In this document: in pieces, positions 28,383 through 37,800 of the stretch
How the letters are laid out: every line of letters starts with the position of its first letter
How positions within the stretch are numbered: the first letter of the stretch is position 1
Source of the DNA: a virus
Lineage: Duplodnaviria > Caudoviricetes
Length of the DNA stretch: 58,855 nt
Strand: one strand, 5' to 3'
Virus record (IMG/VR): IMGVR_UViG_3300034111_001673
Span: 1 to 58,855 of that record
Translations under genes and position numbers: made by a program
The notes under the pieces: generated by a model
Told to the model about the DNA's origin: nothing
What the model saw: the letters and a program-made list of their open reading frames with translations, nothing else
Database searches by the model: none

Positions 28383-29981
28383 ATGCAAAATTACGATCCA
28401 TATTTAAATACCTACAACTACCCTTATAATACCTCCGAGCCTTATAGCTTAGCTTCTGATGGCGATAATCAGATGCCTGATCCTCGTTATGAAGACAGCG
28501 GGTATGACGATCCTTATATGTCTTACGGGAATGCTTACGATAATGACGGAGCACAGTATTCTTTTAAAGAAGGAGGCTCGGTCAAAGAGGAAGACTTACC
28601 AAGACTTGCCGATCTGATTCGGAGACACGGAAGGAACGGCGATACCGAGCTTGCCCATATTAATCCTATTGAAGCTCATATATTAAAAAGTTTAGGAGGA
28701 AGCGGGACGATAAATCCTGCTACCGGACTTCGTGAATATGGTTTCTTCAAAAACCCATTTAAAGCGATAAAAAGTGTACTTGGAGGAGGAGCAGGAGCAA
28801 TTATCGGTAACATGATTGCGCCCGGGATAGGCGGTATTATCGGCGGCGCACTCGGTCAGGGAGCACAACACGCAGCAAGAGGCAAGAGTGCTTTGAGCGG
28901 AGCGTTAAAAGGAGCGGGTATGGGTGCGGCGCTTCCTTCAGTTGCTTCAGGGCTTGGATGGGGAGCAAGCAGACTTGGAGCTACGGCTCTTGGTTCTAGT
29001 CTTAGTAATTACGGCAGTACTAATGCGATATTACCTGCTTTAGGCATGGGGAGTTCAAGCGGTAGTAGTGGACTGTTCGGGCTTGGAGGAAGTAATCCTT
29101 ATGTAAGTGGTGGTCTTAGCGCTGCGACTGCACTTTCTTCAGGTATGGGAGGTGGAGTGCCACCTCAGTATGGACAATATCCGCAAATGCAATATCCAGG
29201 CTACCCTTATGTAGATAACAGGGGTTTTCTAGAAAAGTTTGGTGATAATGCAAAAGACTATCTAACACAACCAGGGAATTTACTAACACTTGGGACAGTA
29301 GCAGCTCAATACGCTGGTCGGCAGAAGCCAAAGAGTCCAGAGAAAATAGCAGAGGAAGAAAGAAGATATCGCAACGCTAGTCGTAAGACGATTGCTGAAG
29401 TTGAAGCTGATGAAGCTCTGGAAACCGCACGTGCTGATTTACAAAAAAAGCGGAAAAACAAGCAGTTAGATGAAGATATAAAGAACATGGGTCGTATTAA
29501 TCGGCGCGTTGTATCACCTGAGGAATTTGCAAGAACCGGTCGCTGGCTTGAGTATATGGATGATGAAGGCAATCCTGTTAGAATGAAAGGCGGCGGGAGA
29601 GCCCGTAGTCCTTATGCTTATTTAACAGAAGAAACCTATTATCCTGCAAGTCCTATAGTTTATTTAAGTGGTGATAGCGGGGGGCAAGATGATAAGGTTA
29701 GAAGGGATTTACTAGATGGTTCTTATGTAATGCCAGCTGATGTAGTAGCTGATGCTGGAGATGGTAATTCTTTAGCAGGAGAAAAAAAGATTAAAGCATT
29801 AGTTTCTCATGGAGAAATGGAAATTAGTCCTCAGATTGTTAGTAAATTGGGTAACGGAGATAACGATTTAGGTGCTAAAAAATTAGACATGTTTGTAAAA
29901 AACATTCGCAAACATAAAAGAGGGGGAAAAGTAAATCTTCCGCCACGCGTAAAGTCTTTAGAGAGTTATTTAAGGGGATAA
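28383..29981 (+). CDS. Probable internal virion/ejection protein
   Basis: GRNGDTELAHINP.EA..LK..GGSGTINPATGL.EY motif, Gly/Ala-rich membrane-like segment, KxGG motifs. Confidence 0.65.
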   Translation: MQNYDPYLNTYNYPYNTSEPYSLASDGDNQMPDPRYEDSGYDDPYMSYGNAYDNDGAQYSFKEGGSVKEEDLPRLADLIRRHGRNGDTELAHINPIEAHILKSLGGSGTINPATGLREYGFFKNPFKAIKSVLGGGAGAIIGNMIAPGIGGIIGGALGQGAQHAARGKSALSGALKGAGMGAALPSVASGLGWGASRLGATALGSSLSNYGSTNAILPALGMGSSSGSSGLFGLGGSNPYVSGGLSAATALSSGMGGGVPPQYGQYPQMQYPGYPYVDNRGFLEKFGDNAKDYLTQPGNLLTLGTVAAQYAGRQKPKSPEKIAEEERRYRNASRKTIAEVEADEALETARADLQKKRKNKQLDEDIKNMGRINRRVVSPEEFARTGRWLEYMDDEGNPVRMKGGGRARSPYAYLTEETYYPASPIVYLSGDSGGQDDKVRRDLLDGSYVMPADVVADAGDGNSLAGEKKIKALVSHGEMEISPQIVSKLGNGDNDLGAKKLDMFVKNIRKHKRGGKVNLPPRVKSLESYLRG

Positions 29982-29982
29982 T

Positions 29983-32010
29983 ATGAAAAACTTAAATGAC
30001 CTCCGAGAACAAGCTTTAGCTGTTATTAATCGTGATGTAGGGCGAATGGTAAGTAACCAAGCACCTGTATATAGGGGAAAGACTAGCGTGCCAATGTCTT
30101 CTTTAACACAGAAGAAACGAACGCTGGAAGATCAGTTTAGCAATAGCCCTGCTCCTTACTCTATGGAAGCGAGCAGTGTTTTTAATAGAACTCCGCAAGG
30201 TTTTAATGAGGGGCAGAAGACCTCTTTACTGGATATACTCTCATCGGGTCAAAGAGAGGTGGGTAATACCGGATGGAAGCTGATGGGAAAACAGTTTGGA
30301 GATAGAACCGGTAGTAGACAAACCGGTTTTTATAATAAGTTTGACAAGAACCTGAATAAGGGGCTTGATTTATCCCGTGTTGGTATAGATGCCTTAAGTA
30401 ATGATGCAAAGAGTTTGGAATCTGAATTTAATTCTGGACTTGGCAATAGTTTAAATGCGCTCGGGTCAGCCGAGAAGGCAAAGAGAGCAGGACTTACTAA
30501 TATGCTGGGGCAATTTGGCAATCAGCAGCATATATACTCACATCTAGCAAATTCAGCAGATAAGGACAAGTACTACGCGGAAGTAAATGCTCCAAAGCAA
30601 AAGATGAAGGCGTTATACAATATAGTAAATAGCGGTGGTAATCCTGATGACATGGGACCTTATGGCGAAGCAGCAGCAGTTAAAGTGCTTGAAAAGGGAC
30701 TAAATCTTTATAATAGTCCGACTCCTACTTACAATGGTCAGCAGCTTGCTAATGTGCCTGAAGAATTAGCAGTATCGCATCGCCTGCTAGGTGATTTGAG
30801 CCATGATTATAATGATTCATCAAGGGAAGAAAGAGATAAGCTTTATGGCTCGTTAATGGGGCGAGAGAATGTTGGAACGCGAGCTATAGGCGATTTACCT
30901 ACAATTTATGATCCACAAGTAAACAAGCAAGACGGCGATACTAAAAGTCTTATTAAGTCAGAGAAAGCAAGAATTAGTATGGATCATGAACGAAAAGGTA
31001 CTTATGGATCACAATCACATTTATCACAAACCGAGGATGCTATTAATAGAATCGCTAAAAGCCGTTTTGGCAATAGAAACAATCTATTACAGGATGTACT
31101 CAGAGGAAGAATGAGCGGTTTAAATAAAAGTGACATGAATGATTTAAACCGGTTAAATAGTTTAGGTCAGCAAGGATTGTCCGAATATCAGGACGTACTT
31201 GGCAAGATTAGCGGAATGAACCAGCTCGGAGTAGACAAGTGGCTAAATACGCAAGATGAGTTAAACCAGAGGCGGGAGCGATTTGAAGAAGAGAGGAATC
31301 AGGAATGGCCTGGGGGGGCGGGAAGCGATATTGTAAAATACAATGTAAGCCCAGAAATTAGCAGTATTTTTGCTAATCCGGGTGTCAGTAGTAACCCCTC
31401 TGTTTATACGCCGTCTTTAAGGCCAAATATTCATGCACTCGCTCAATATGCGCAGGTTGTACCGGTCAGTCATAGTGAGACTGACCTTGAGAGTAACCTA
31501 AATCAGGATATGGGAGGTATCAAGAATTATGCTGATTTTGAGAATATCAAGCTTCAAAAAAAGAGAGAAGAAGAGGCAAGGCGTCAGGAAGAGGAAAGAT
31601 TAAGGCTTCTAAAAATAGCTGAAGAAAATCGTATCAGGAAAGAGAAGGAACAAGCATTAAAAATAGCGGAAGAAAAAAAAGTAGAACAGGCAAACAAATT
31701 ATATCTTGAAAGATTAGAGCAATATAAAGAATCGGCAGCAAAGAGGGATAACTTATATAACAGTTCCAACGTCAATGGCGTTAATGCTTTTTCATGGTCT
31801 AAACAAAATCCAACACATGGGTTTAAATGGTTTTTAGAAAATTCTTTAAAAGTGCCGTCTAATACGACCGATAATATTAGGATAATTAAAAACTTAAATA
31901 GGAACTTACCTTTATATTTAGAAGAAGTAAAAAGAGCTGATTATTTCTGGGATCAATATAATAAATATTATCAGGATATGATGCGATTAAAAGGGCAATT
32001 AAATAGTTAA
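29983..32010 (+). CDS. Probable ejection/DNA-transfer protein
   Basis: Long helical Gln/Asn/Gly-rich ORF in operon. Confidence 0.5.
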   Translation: MKNLNDLREQALAVINRDVGRMVSNQAPVYRGKTSVPMSSLTQKKRTLEDQFSNSPAPYSMEASSVFNRTPQGFNEGQKTSLLDILSSGQREVGNTGWKLMGKQFGDRTGSRQTGFYNKFDKNLNKGLDLSRVGIDALSNDAKSLESEFNSGLGNSLNALGSAEKAKRAGLTNMLGQFGNQQHIYSHLANSADKDKYYAEVNAPKQKMKALYNIVNSGGNPDDMGPYGEAAAVKVLEKGLNLYNSPTPTYNGQQLANVPEELAVSHRLLGDLSHDYNDSSREERDKLYGSLMGRENVGTRAIGDLPTIYDPQVNKQDGDTKSLIKSEKARISMDHERKGTYGSQSHLSQTEDAINRIAKSRFGNRNNLLQDVLRGRMSGLNKSDMNDLNRLNSLGQQGLSEYQDVLGKISGMNQLGVDKWLNTQDELNQRRERFEEERNQEWPGGAGSDIVKYNVSPEISSIFANPGVSSNPSVYTPSLRPNIHALAQYAQVVPVSHSETDLESNLNQDMGGIKNYADFENIKLQKKREEEARRQEEERLRLLKIAEENRIRKEKEQALKIAEEKKVEQANKLYLERLEQYKESAAKRDNLYNSSNVNGVNAFSWSKQNPTHGFKWFLENSLKVPSNTTDNIRIIKNLNRNLPLYLEEVKRADYFWDQYNKYYQDMMRLKGQLNS

Positions 32011-32032
32011 ATTTTAGTTCACAAATGTAATA

Positions 32033-32980
32033 TTGATTATGATTATGGAAGAAGAAATATTAAATCGCATGCAAGCTCTCCCTACAAAAAGAAATCCTTT
32101 TGATGAGGGAATAGCAAAAGCAGTTAGTAGCACCCGAAGCAACTTAGGGATGAATCGGGATCAGGAGCATAGAGCGATAAATAATGCGTTACTTGCTCTT
32201 GGTAATGGTTTAGCAAACGAGCCTGTGCAACGTGGTTTTAAAAATAATTTAGGAGTTATAGGGAGGGCGATGAATCCGGCACTCTCGGCTTATAATACTA
32301 GCGAGGATACAGCTATTGCTGAAAATGAGCGTTTGGCTAATCAAATATTGCAGCAACAAAGAGCGGAGCAAGCTTTAGCCGATAGCAGAGAAGATAAATC
32401 CTGGCATCGTAAATTCCAGGAGAGGCAATTGGAGGAGACTAAAAGACATCATAATTTATTGGATAATTTTAGGAGAGATAAGCAGAAAAATTTATTAAAT
32501 AATTTTAAAAAAAGTGAAAAAGATCAGGAGAAGCAAGAAGCTTTAGAAGAGTTGAAAGGAATGCTGACTCATGCAGAAAATACAGTTACGAACCTTGGTT
32601 CTGAAGGAGAGAGGTCGCTACTGGCAAAAAACTTCCGATCAAAATTCAGCAATCAGGAATATAGTCCGGATCAGGCAAAGATTTGGGCAATAGGTGAGGT
32701 ATTACGCGGCAAATTGAATAAAGCTTTTAAATATACGAATCAGGAGGAATTTAAACATATACCGACGATATCGCCTGATAATGATATGGCAACGAATATA
32801 AACGTTATTAATGATTTAAGAGCCATGCTAGGTATAGGTCTTCAGGAAGGGAATAAGAGCAGTAACGGCGGCGATAGGGTTTTAATGGTTGATCCGATAA
32901 CAGGTGCAAAAGATTGGGTTCATAAAGATTGGGTACAAGATGCCATAGATAATGATGGTTTGCAGGTAGTTAATGAGTAA
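32033..32980 (+). CDS. Probable ejection/DNA-transfer protein
   Basis: Helical, EETKRHHN-type motif, coupled operon. Confidence 0.5.
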   Translation: MIMIMEEEILNRMQALPTKRNPFDEGIAKAVSSTRSNLGMNRDQEHRAINNALLALGNGLANEPVQRGFKNNLGVIGRAMNPALSAYNTSEDTAIAENERLANQILQQQRAEQALADSREDKSWHRKFQERQLEETKRHHNLLDNFRRDKQKNLLNNFKKSEKDQEKQEALEELKGMLTHAENTVTNLGSEGERSLLAKNFRSKFSNQEYSPDQAKIWAIGEVLRGKLNKAFKYTNQEEFKHIPTISPDNDMATNINVINDLRAMLGIGLQEGNKSSNGGDRVLMVDPITGAKDWVHKDWVQDAIDNDGLQVVNE

Positions 32981-34787
32981 ATTTGATAAGTATAAAGCTC
33001 CTAAAAATATAGATAGAGATCAATTACCGAGCCAAAGGAGTGGTGTATTTGATAAATACCGGAGTCCTAAAGCTGTAGCAAAAGAACCCTCCCCATCTTT
33101 TCTTGATAGGCTTGGTCAATTTGGCAAAGGAGCATTAGCGGGTTTTAGTAGATCGGGGTTGGCAGAAGCGGCAGATCAATTCGGGGCAGGTGTTATGGAG
33201 GTAGCACCCGGAGTTGTTGCTCCAATCCTGCCAGAGTCGGCGCAAGTAATGTCTGATACTACAAATAAAGCCCTCGAATCTTTAGATTCCATGAAACCTA
33301 AGGAGAATGATAGTTTAGGGAATATTCTATATAAAGCAGGAGAATTTGGAGGAGCTACGGCGAGCTTCCCTCTTCCAACTAGTGCCGGAGTAAATGCTGC
33401 TGGAATAGCAGCTAGAGGGGGTGGTAAATCTTTATTAACCAAATTTGCCAAGGATATAGGAACAGGCAGTAGCATAGGCGGAGGATCGGGAGTAATGCAG
33501 GAAGCAGGAGTTGATCCGCTTGTATCTGATCTGATATCCAGCGTTGCTACTCCTACTGCTATTGTTAAAAGTAAAAGTCTGTTAAATAACTTTACAAAAC
33601 CTAAAGAGACATTAGCAAAAATACCAATGAAACTTATGGGATTAACGCCTAAGAGTATGAATATTGAGGCTGCTAGAGCAGCAAGAGATTTAGGCATAGA
33701 TTTGCCTGCTGCAGCAGTTACCGACTCTAAATTAACGGCCTTAGCTGATCAGTACGTGGGGAAAGCTCCCATTTTTGGTAATAAGTTAAAAAATAAATAT
33801 GCACTTGCCGAAGAACAGACACAAAAAGTATTAAGTGATATTTTTGATGAAATTGGTCCATCAAGGACACCAGAAGTAGAAGGTCATATTGCCGGTTTAT
33901 ATAATAAAGTAGCGACTTCATTACCACAGGAGGCAAAAGTATTACCGGTTAATCTTAAAAAGGCCATTGATGATATTAAAATCAATACGGCTATTCTTTC
34001 CCCTGATGAAAAAAGCCTCCTGCAGTCACTTGAAACTATTAAAAATGAGATTGAACCGGCATCAAAGATAGTCAGTCAGTATGGTCCTATAAAGTTACCA
34101 TTACAAGAATATGATGTTAATAAACTTGTTGGGACTAAAAAGAGCCTGAATTCGATTATAAAATGGGATACAGACGCGGGAGTTAAAAATCAGCTTAAGA
34201 AAATACAAAAAGCGATTTCACGGGATATCCAGGAGTACGGCAAGAGTAACCCAGAGTGGTATGATGCTTTTAAGGAAGCTGATAAATTATACGGGGATGT
34301 AGCTAGAAGAGAAAAACTGGAAAATATACTTGGCCATAAAGCTACGAATTACGCTACTGAAAGTCTATCTTATAACGCTCTTGCTAAAGCAATAAACAAT
34401 CCTAAAAATAGTGTATCTATTAGAAAACAGCTTACTCCTGAGACTTTTAAAAAAATACAAAAATTAGGCACTGTAGCTAAAGCTATGGCTATAAAAAGTA
34501 AAAATATTCCTAATCCATCAGGGACGGCTACTACCGGTGGGATTAGCGCGGCAATTTTTGGATTATTTTATGATCCTATTACCACAGCCAAGCTTCTTGG
34601 CGGGGGATATGGTGCAACCAAGTTATTAACCGATAAAAAGTTTTTGGATTTAGCCTTAAAATTAGCAGAAAACCCTAATAACCTTGCAACTACTACCGCT
34701 TTAAATCATCGTATTAAAGCAATTACCGGATATTCTGCGGTAGCTTTAAATAAAAATTTGCAGGAGATGAATAACCTACCGGAATAA
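32973..34787 (+). CDS. Probable ejection/DNA-transfer protein
   Basis: Ala/Gly-rich N-half, NPSGTA motif followed by a hydrophobic segment, resembling podovirus injection proteins. Confidence 0.55.
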   Translation: MSKFDKYKAPKNIDRDQLPSQRSGVFDKYRSPKAVAKEPSPSFLDRLGQFGKGALAGFSRSGLAEAADQFGAGVMEVAPGVVAPILPESAQVMSDTTNKALESLDSMKPKENDSLGNILYKAGEFGGATASFPLPTSAGVNAAGIAARGGGKSLLTKFAKDIGTGSSIGGGSGVMQEAGVDPLVSDLISSVATPTAIVKSKSLLNNFTKPKETLAKIPMKLMGLTPKSMNIEAARAARDLGIDLPAAAVTDSKLTALADQYVGKAPIFGNKLKNKYALAEEQTQKVLSDIFDEIGPSRTPEVEGHIAGLYNKVATSLPQEAKVLPVNLKKAIDDIKINTAILSPDEKSLLQSLETIKNEIEPASKIVSQYGPIKLPLQEYDVNKLVGTKKSLNSIIKWDTDAGVKNQLKKIQKAISRDIQEYGKSNPEWYDAFKEADKLYGDVARREKLENILGHKATNYATESLSYNALAKAINNPKNSVSIRKQLTPETFKKIQKLGTVAKAMAIKSKNIPNPSGTATTGGISAAIFGLFYDPITTAKLLGGGYGATKLLTDKKFLDLALKLAENPNNLATTTALNHRIKAITGYSAVALNKNLQEMNNLPE

Positions 34788-34858
34788 CCAGAAATGCTTT
34801 TAAGTACACGTTAAATCTGATATTTTGGGTTGGATATTTAACTAATGAAATTATATTT

Positions 34859-35065
34859 ATGAAAAGAGGAGTTGTTAAATTTTATTCTACCGAAGGCAAG
34901 TATGGATTTATTAAACCTGATGATGGTTCAAAAGATGTGTTTTTCCATGAAAACGACCTTAAGAAGTCAGGTATAGAAGAGCTTAAAAAGAATCAGAAAG
35001 TAGAATACGAACTAAATATCAAAGGTCAAAAGACATTTGCAAGTAACGTCAAAATCTTAGATTAA
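34859..35065 (+). CDS. cspA: Cold-shock protein
   Basis: GVVKFY...GKYGFIKPDDGSKDVFFH. Confidence 0.9.
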   Translation: MKRGVVKFYSTEGKYGFIKPDDGSKDVFFHENDLKKSGIEELKKNQKVEYELNIKGQKTFASNVKILD

Positions 35066-35155
35066 TTATCCACAAAACTCTTGATAACTTTGTGAATTAA
35101 GCTAACAAAGGTTATTTTTCTAAGCTTTCAAGAATTGCCTAAAAAATAGGCAATA

Positions 35156-36163
35156 TTAATTTGAGTCTTCTTCCTCTATGAGAGATACATCACCACTTAA
35201 TAATACAGACTGGGCAAGTGGGATATTTTCAATTTTTAAAATATCATGATTTATTGTTGAAGGCGCATTCGTAATTAGTTTATAGTCGATATTATCAAAA
35301 TCCAATGATTCCAGTATTTTACTATCGGAAATTTCAAACACAGGAGCTTTTTGACTTTTTAACAATTCAATAATTAGGTTTTTATCAGTTAACTGTTCTT
35401 TTAATAAGACTAGTTCATAGTTTATCGCGGGAGCAGTTTTTATTTCGGAAATTACTAATTTATTTTCTAACTCCTGAACAATTAGGTCTTTCTTTAGTAG
35501 GTTATTGTTCATTTCTTTAATAACCAACTCTTTTTTATGGTTATCTTCTTCAAGAGTTTTTATGATGCTATCCCTCTCTAAGAGATCGGTTTCAAGTTGA
35601 TTGTAAGAGGGATTTAAAATATTCACCCTTTCTTCAAGCCTGTTCATTGATAAAGCTTGATCACGATTAAGATTTTCTAGTTCTCTCAAGCTACTTTCTT
35701 TTTGTAAGATAAGTAATTTATTATCTTCCAATTGTTCTCTTAATGCTTCTATAGATTTGTGATGCTCTTCTACAAGTAAAGCTTTTTCACGGGTTATTGT
35801 TACAATAAGAGCTTCTTTTTCTTGGATGCTTAAATGCTCTACGGTTCTTTGATTTTGTAGCTGGGTAATAGTGTTTTGTTTTTCAGATATAATCAAATCC
35901 TTGGTAGCAATTCTTTCATTTAGAGTATTACACTCTAGAATTTTTGAATTTAAAGTTTGTTGTGTATTAGCTAGCTGCGTACTGGTTGCAGTTGCTAAAT
36001 CGCTCTGAACTTTTAAGCGGTTTTGTAATTCTGTAACAGTATTGCTTTTTGTAGCAATGATATTATCTTTTTGAAGTAAAGCGGTTTTTAACTGTTCTAC
36101 CTCAATTAATAAATTATCCCGTTGTATTTGAATAGGAGCTTTTGGTAATTCTTTTAACTTCAT
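35156..36163 (-). CDS. Coiled-coil effector-like protein
   Basis: Long heptad pattern; C-terminus VLLSGDVSLIEEEDSN. Confidence 0.65.
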   Translation of the reverse strand: MKLKELPKAPIQIQRDNLLIEVEQLKTALLQKDNIIATKSNTVTELQNRLKVQSDLATATSTQLANTQQTLNSKILECNTLNERIATKDLIISEKQNTITQLQNQRTVEHLSIQEKEALIVTITREKALLVEEHHKSIEALREQLEDNKLLILQKESSLRELENLNRDQALSMNRLEERVNILNPSYNQLETDLLERDSIIKTLEEDNHKKELVIKEMNNNLLKKDLIVQELENKLVISEIKTAPAINYELVLLKEQLTDKNLIIELLKSQKAPVFEISDSKILESLDFDNIDYKLITNAPSTINHDILKIENIPLAQSVLLSGDVSLIEEEDSN

Positions 36164-36837
36164 ATTGCAAATCTTAAACCTGCGGTAATATTATGAACTC
36201 CGTAATTACGATTGCCGATATTTTTAAGGCCACCGATATTTCTGGATTTATTATTTCCTAGATTAAAGTAATTATAACTTATTTCCGCCGTAGCTGTCTC
36301 GCTAATTTTCATATCCAGACCTGCGGTTAGTTTATAAGCAAATTTATAAAACGTCTTTTTTTGAGTACTTTCCAAAGGAAAATGCATCTTATCTTCTGCT
36401 GAAATAGCAAAACCTTTACCGACTTCTTTTAATGTAGCAATTCCAACTCCTCCACCAATAAAAGGAGTTATTTTACCAAGCTTTAATACGTCTTTATATA
36501 CATTAAGCATTAAACTATCAGCTTTGGTTGTTACTAATATTTTAAAAATATCCTTGTTAGGATTGTATGAAGTTTCAGCGGTATGAAATAAAAAATAATA
36601 GTCAAAAAGGATTTCAGCTCTAATAGAATCAGTTAATTTATAACCTATTCCTCCCTCAATTAAAGGAAAACTATTTGCTAGCCTTATTTTACCCTCAAAA
36701 TCATGATTACTAAATTTAACTGTATGGATATGGTTTATTCCCATTCCCCCCTTTATATAATATTTACTATCTGCCATAGCTACTTTTGAGAATAAAAGGC
36801 TAGCAGTAGCGATTAATAAATTAAGTTTCTTAAACAT
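36160..36837 (-). CDS. Opacity/OmpA-like 8-stranded outer-membrane beta-barrel
   Basis: Signal peptide, GIGYK...RAE, TPFIGGGVG, YNYFNLG, HNITAGLRF. Confidence 0.85.
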   Translation of the reverse strand: MFKKLNLLIATASLLFSKVAMADSKYYIKGGMGINHIHTVKFSNHDFEGKIRLANSFPLIEGGIGYKLTDSIRAEILFDYYFLFHTAETSYNPNKDIFKILVTTKADSLMLNVYKDVLKLGKITPFIGGGVGIATLKEVGKGFAISAEDKMHFPLESTQKKTFYKFAYKLTAGLDMKISETATAEISYNYFNLGNNKSRNIGGLKNIGNRNYGVHNITAGLRFAI

Positions 36838-36838
36838 T

Positions 36839-37312
36839 TTAAATACCTTTATTATGGTTTGTTAATACAAAATCAAGTAGAGCAAGGCTATCGGCCTCAT
36901 TATCGTCAATGGGAGAAAATCCCTTGTTTTTAACGGCAGTTATTACGGACTCCTTAGGAGCATTTCCTTTGCCGGTAATATGCTTCTTTATCGTTCCGAC
37001 AGGTATGCCAGAGTAAGGTATTCCGTGATGTTCGCACCAGCTGGTCAGGTGAGCAACAAATCCCCCATATTTATGAGCGGCATCAACACCCTTATGGGCT
37101 CTTACCTCTTCAAAATAAATCGCATCAATTACTCCTAAAGTTGCCTTTAAATCGGTAAGCCATTGTTTAAAACGTAAAAAAGGCATGCCACCTCCTTCAA
37201 ATCTCCCAGTTTTAAAGCTAACTGTTCCAGAAGTTATGTTGCCTGCTGCCTCGCGAGTAGCCCAGCCGGTAGTAGTACCAAGGTCTAGAGCAATAATTAT
37301 TGATGTACTCAT
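36839..37312 (-). CDS. Phage RuvC-like Holliday junction resolvase
   Basis: ALDLGTTTGWA, YFEE, IKKHITGKGNAPK, DDNEADSLA. Confidence 0.85.
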   Translation of the reverse strand: MSTSIIIALDLGTTTGWATREAAGNITSGTVSFKTGRFEGGGMPFLRFKQWLTDLKATLGVIDAIYFEEVRAHKGVDAAHKYGGFVAHLTSWCEHHGIPYSGIPVGTIKKHITGKGNAPKESVITAVKNKGFSPIDDNEADSLALLDFVLTNHNKGI

Positions 37313-37464
37313 TTTGAATACTTTTTACTATTTGGAGTTAAATCAACGTCTATCCCTATTTCTTCCTCTATGACTTTTTCTGCGATTTCTTCGACAGGGT
37401 TTTTATCCCCAAGTAAATATACTGAACCAATACCAATAATGACTGCTAAAATGAGAACTAACAT
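37309..37464 (-). CDS. Small N-anchored membrane protein (51 aa), not in ORF track
   Basis: MLVLILAVIIGIGSVYLLGDKNPVEEIAEKVIEEEIGIDVDLTP...; ATGA overlap with the resolvase gene. Confidence 0.6.
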   Translation of the reverse strand: MLVLILAVIIGIGSVYLLGDKNPVEEIAEKVIEEEIGIDVDLTPNSKKYSK

Positions 37465-37527
37465 TTTGATAATATTTTCTTTTTTATTATACCACAGAAC
37501 ATTTGTAGCCTTGGAAAATCGTGATTT

Positions 37528-37800
37528 TTACAAATTATTATTTTCTTGCGAGAACATAACCAAATAGGCTTTTTTTGCCCAGTCTTCCCAGTTTTTAAAG
37601 GCAAGTTCATTTTTCCTGCCTCCCTTATAGGGACTCGGTACTCCTCTATTTGCAAATGGCTCGATACCTATTAAATTCTCTGCCCATGCTGCCCATTTTG
37701 TTTCATCATGAAGCACAGGAAGAGGGAAATCCGAATAATCATCGCAAACAGTAGCTGCCCAGTATTTAACGTTAATATATTTGGGATAAACGCTAATCAT
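37528..37800 (-). CDS. Small virion-associated protein
   Basis: Trp-rich WAAWA...P.PY...F..WEDWA; follows the nozzle gene. Confidence 0.55.
   Translation of the reverse strand: MISVYPKYINVKYWAATVCDDYSDFPLPVLHDETKWAAWAENLIGIEPFANRGVPSPYKGGRKNELAFKNWEDWAKKAYLVMFSQENNNL

Noticed and set aside
36839-37312. TnpB/Cas12-like RNA-guided RuvC nuclease
   Set aside because: At 157 aa it is a stand-alone phage resolvase with no zinc finger or WED region and no adjacent RNA array
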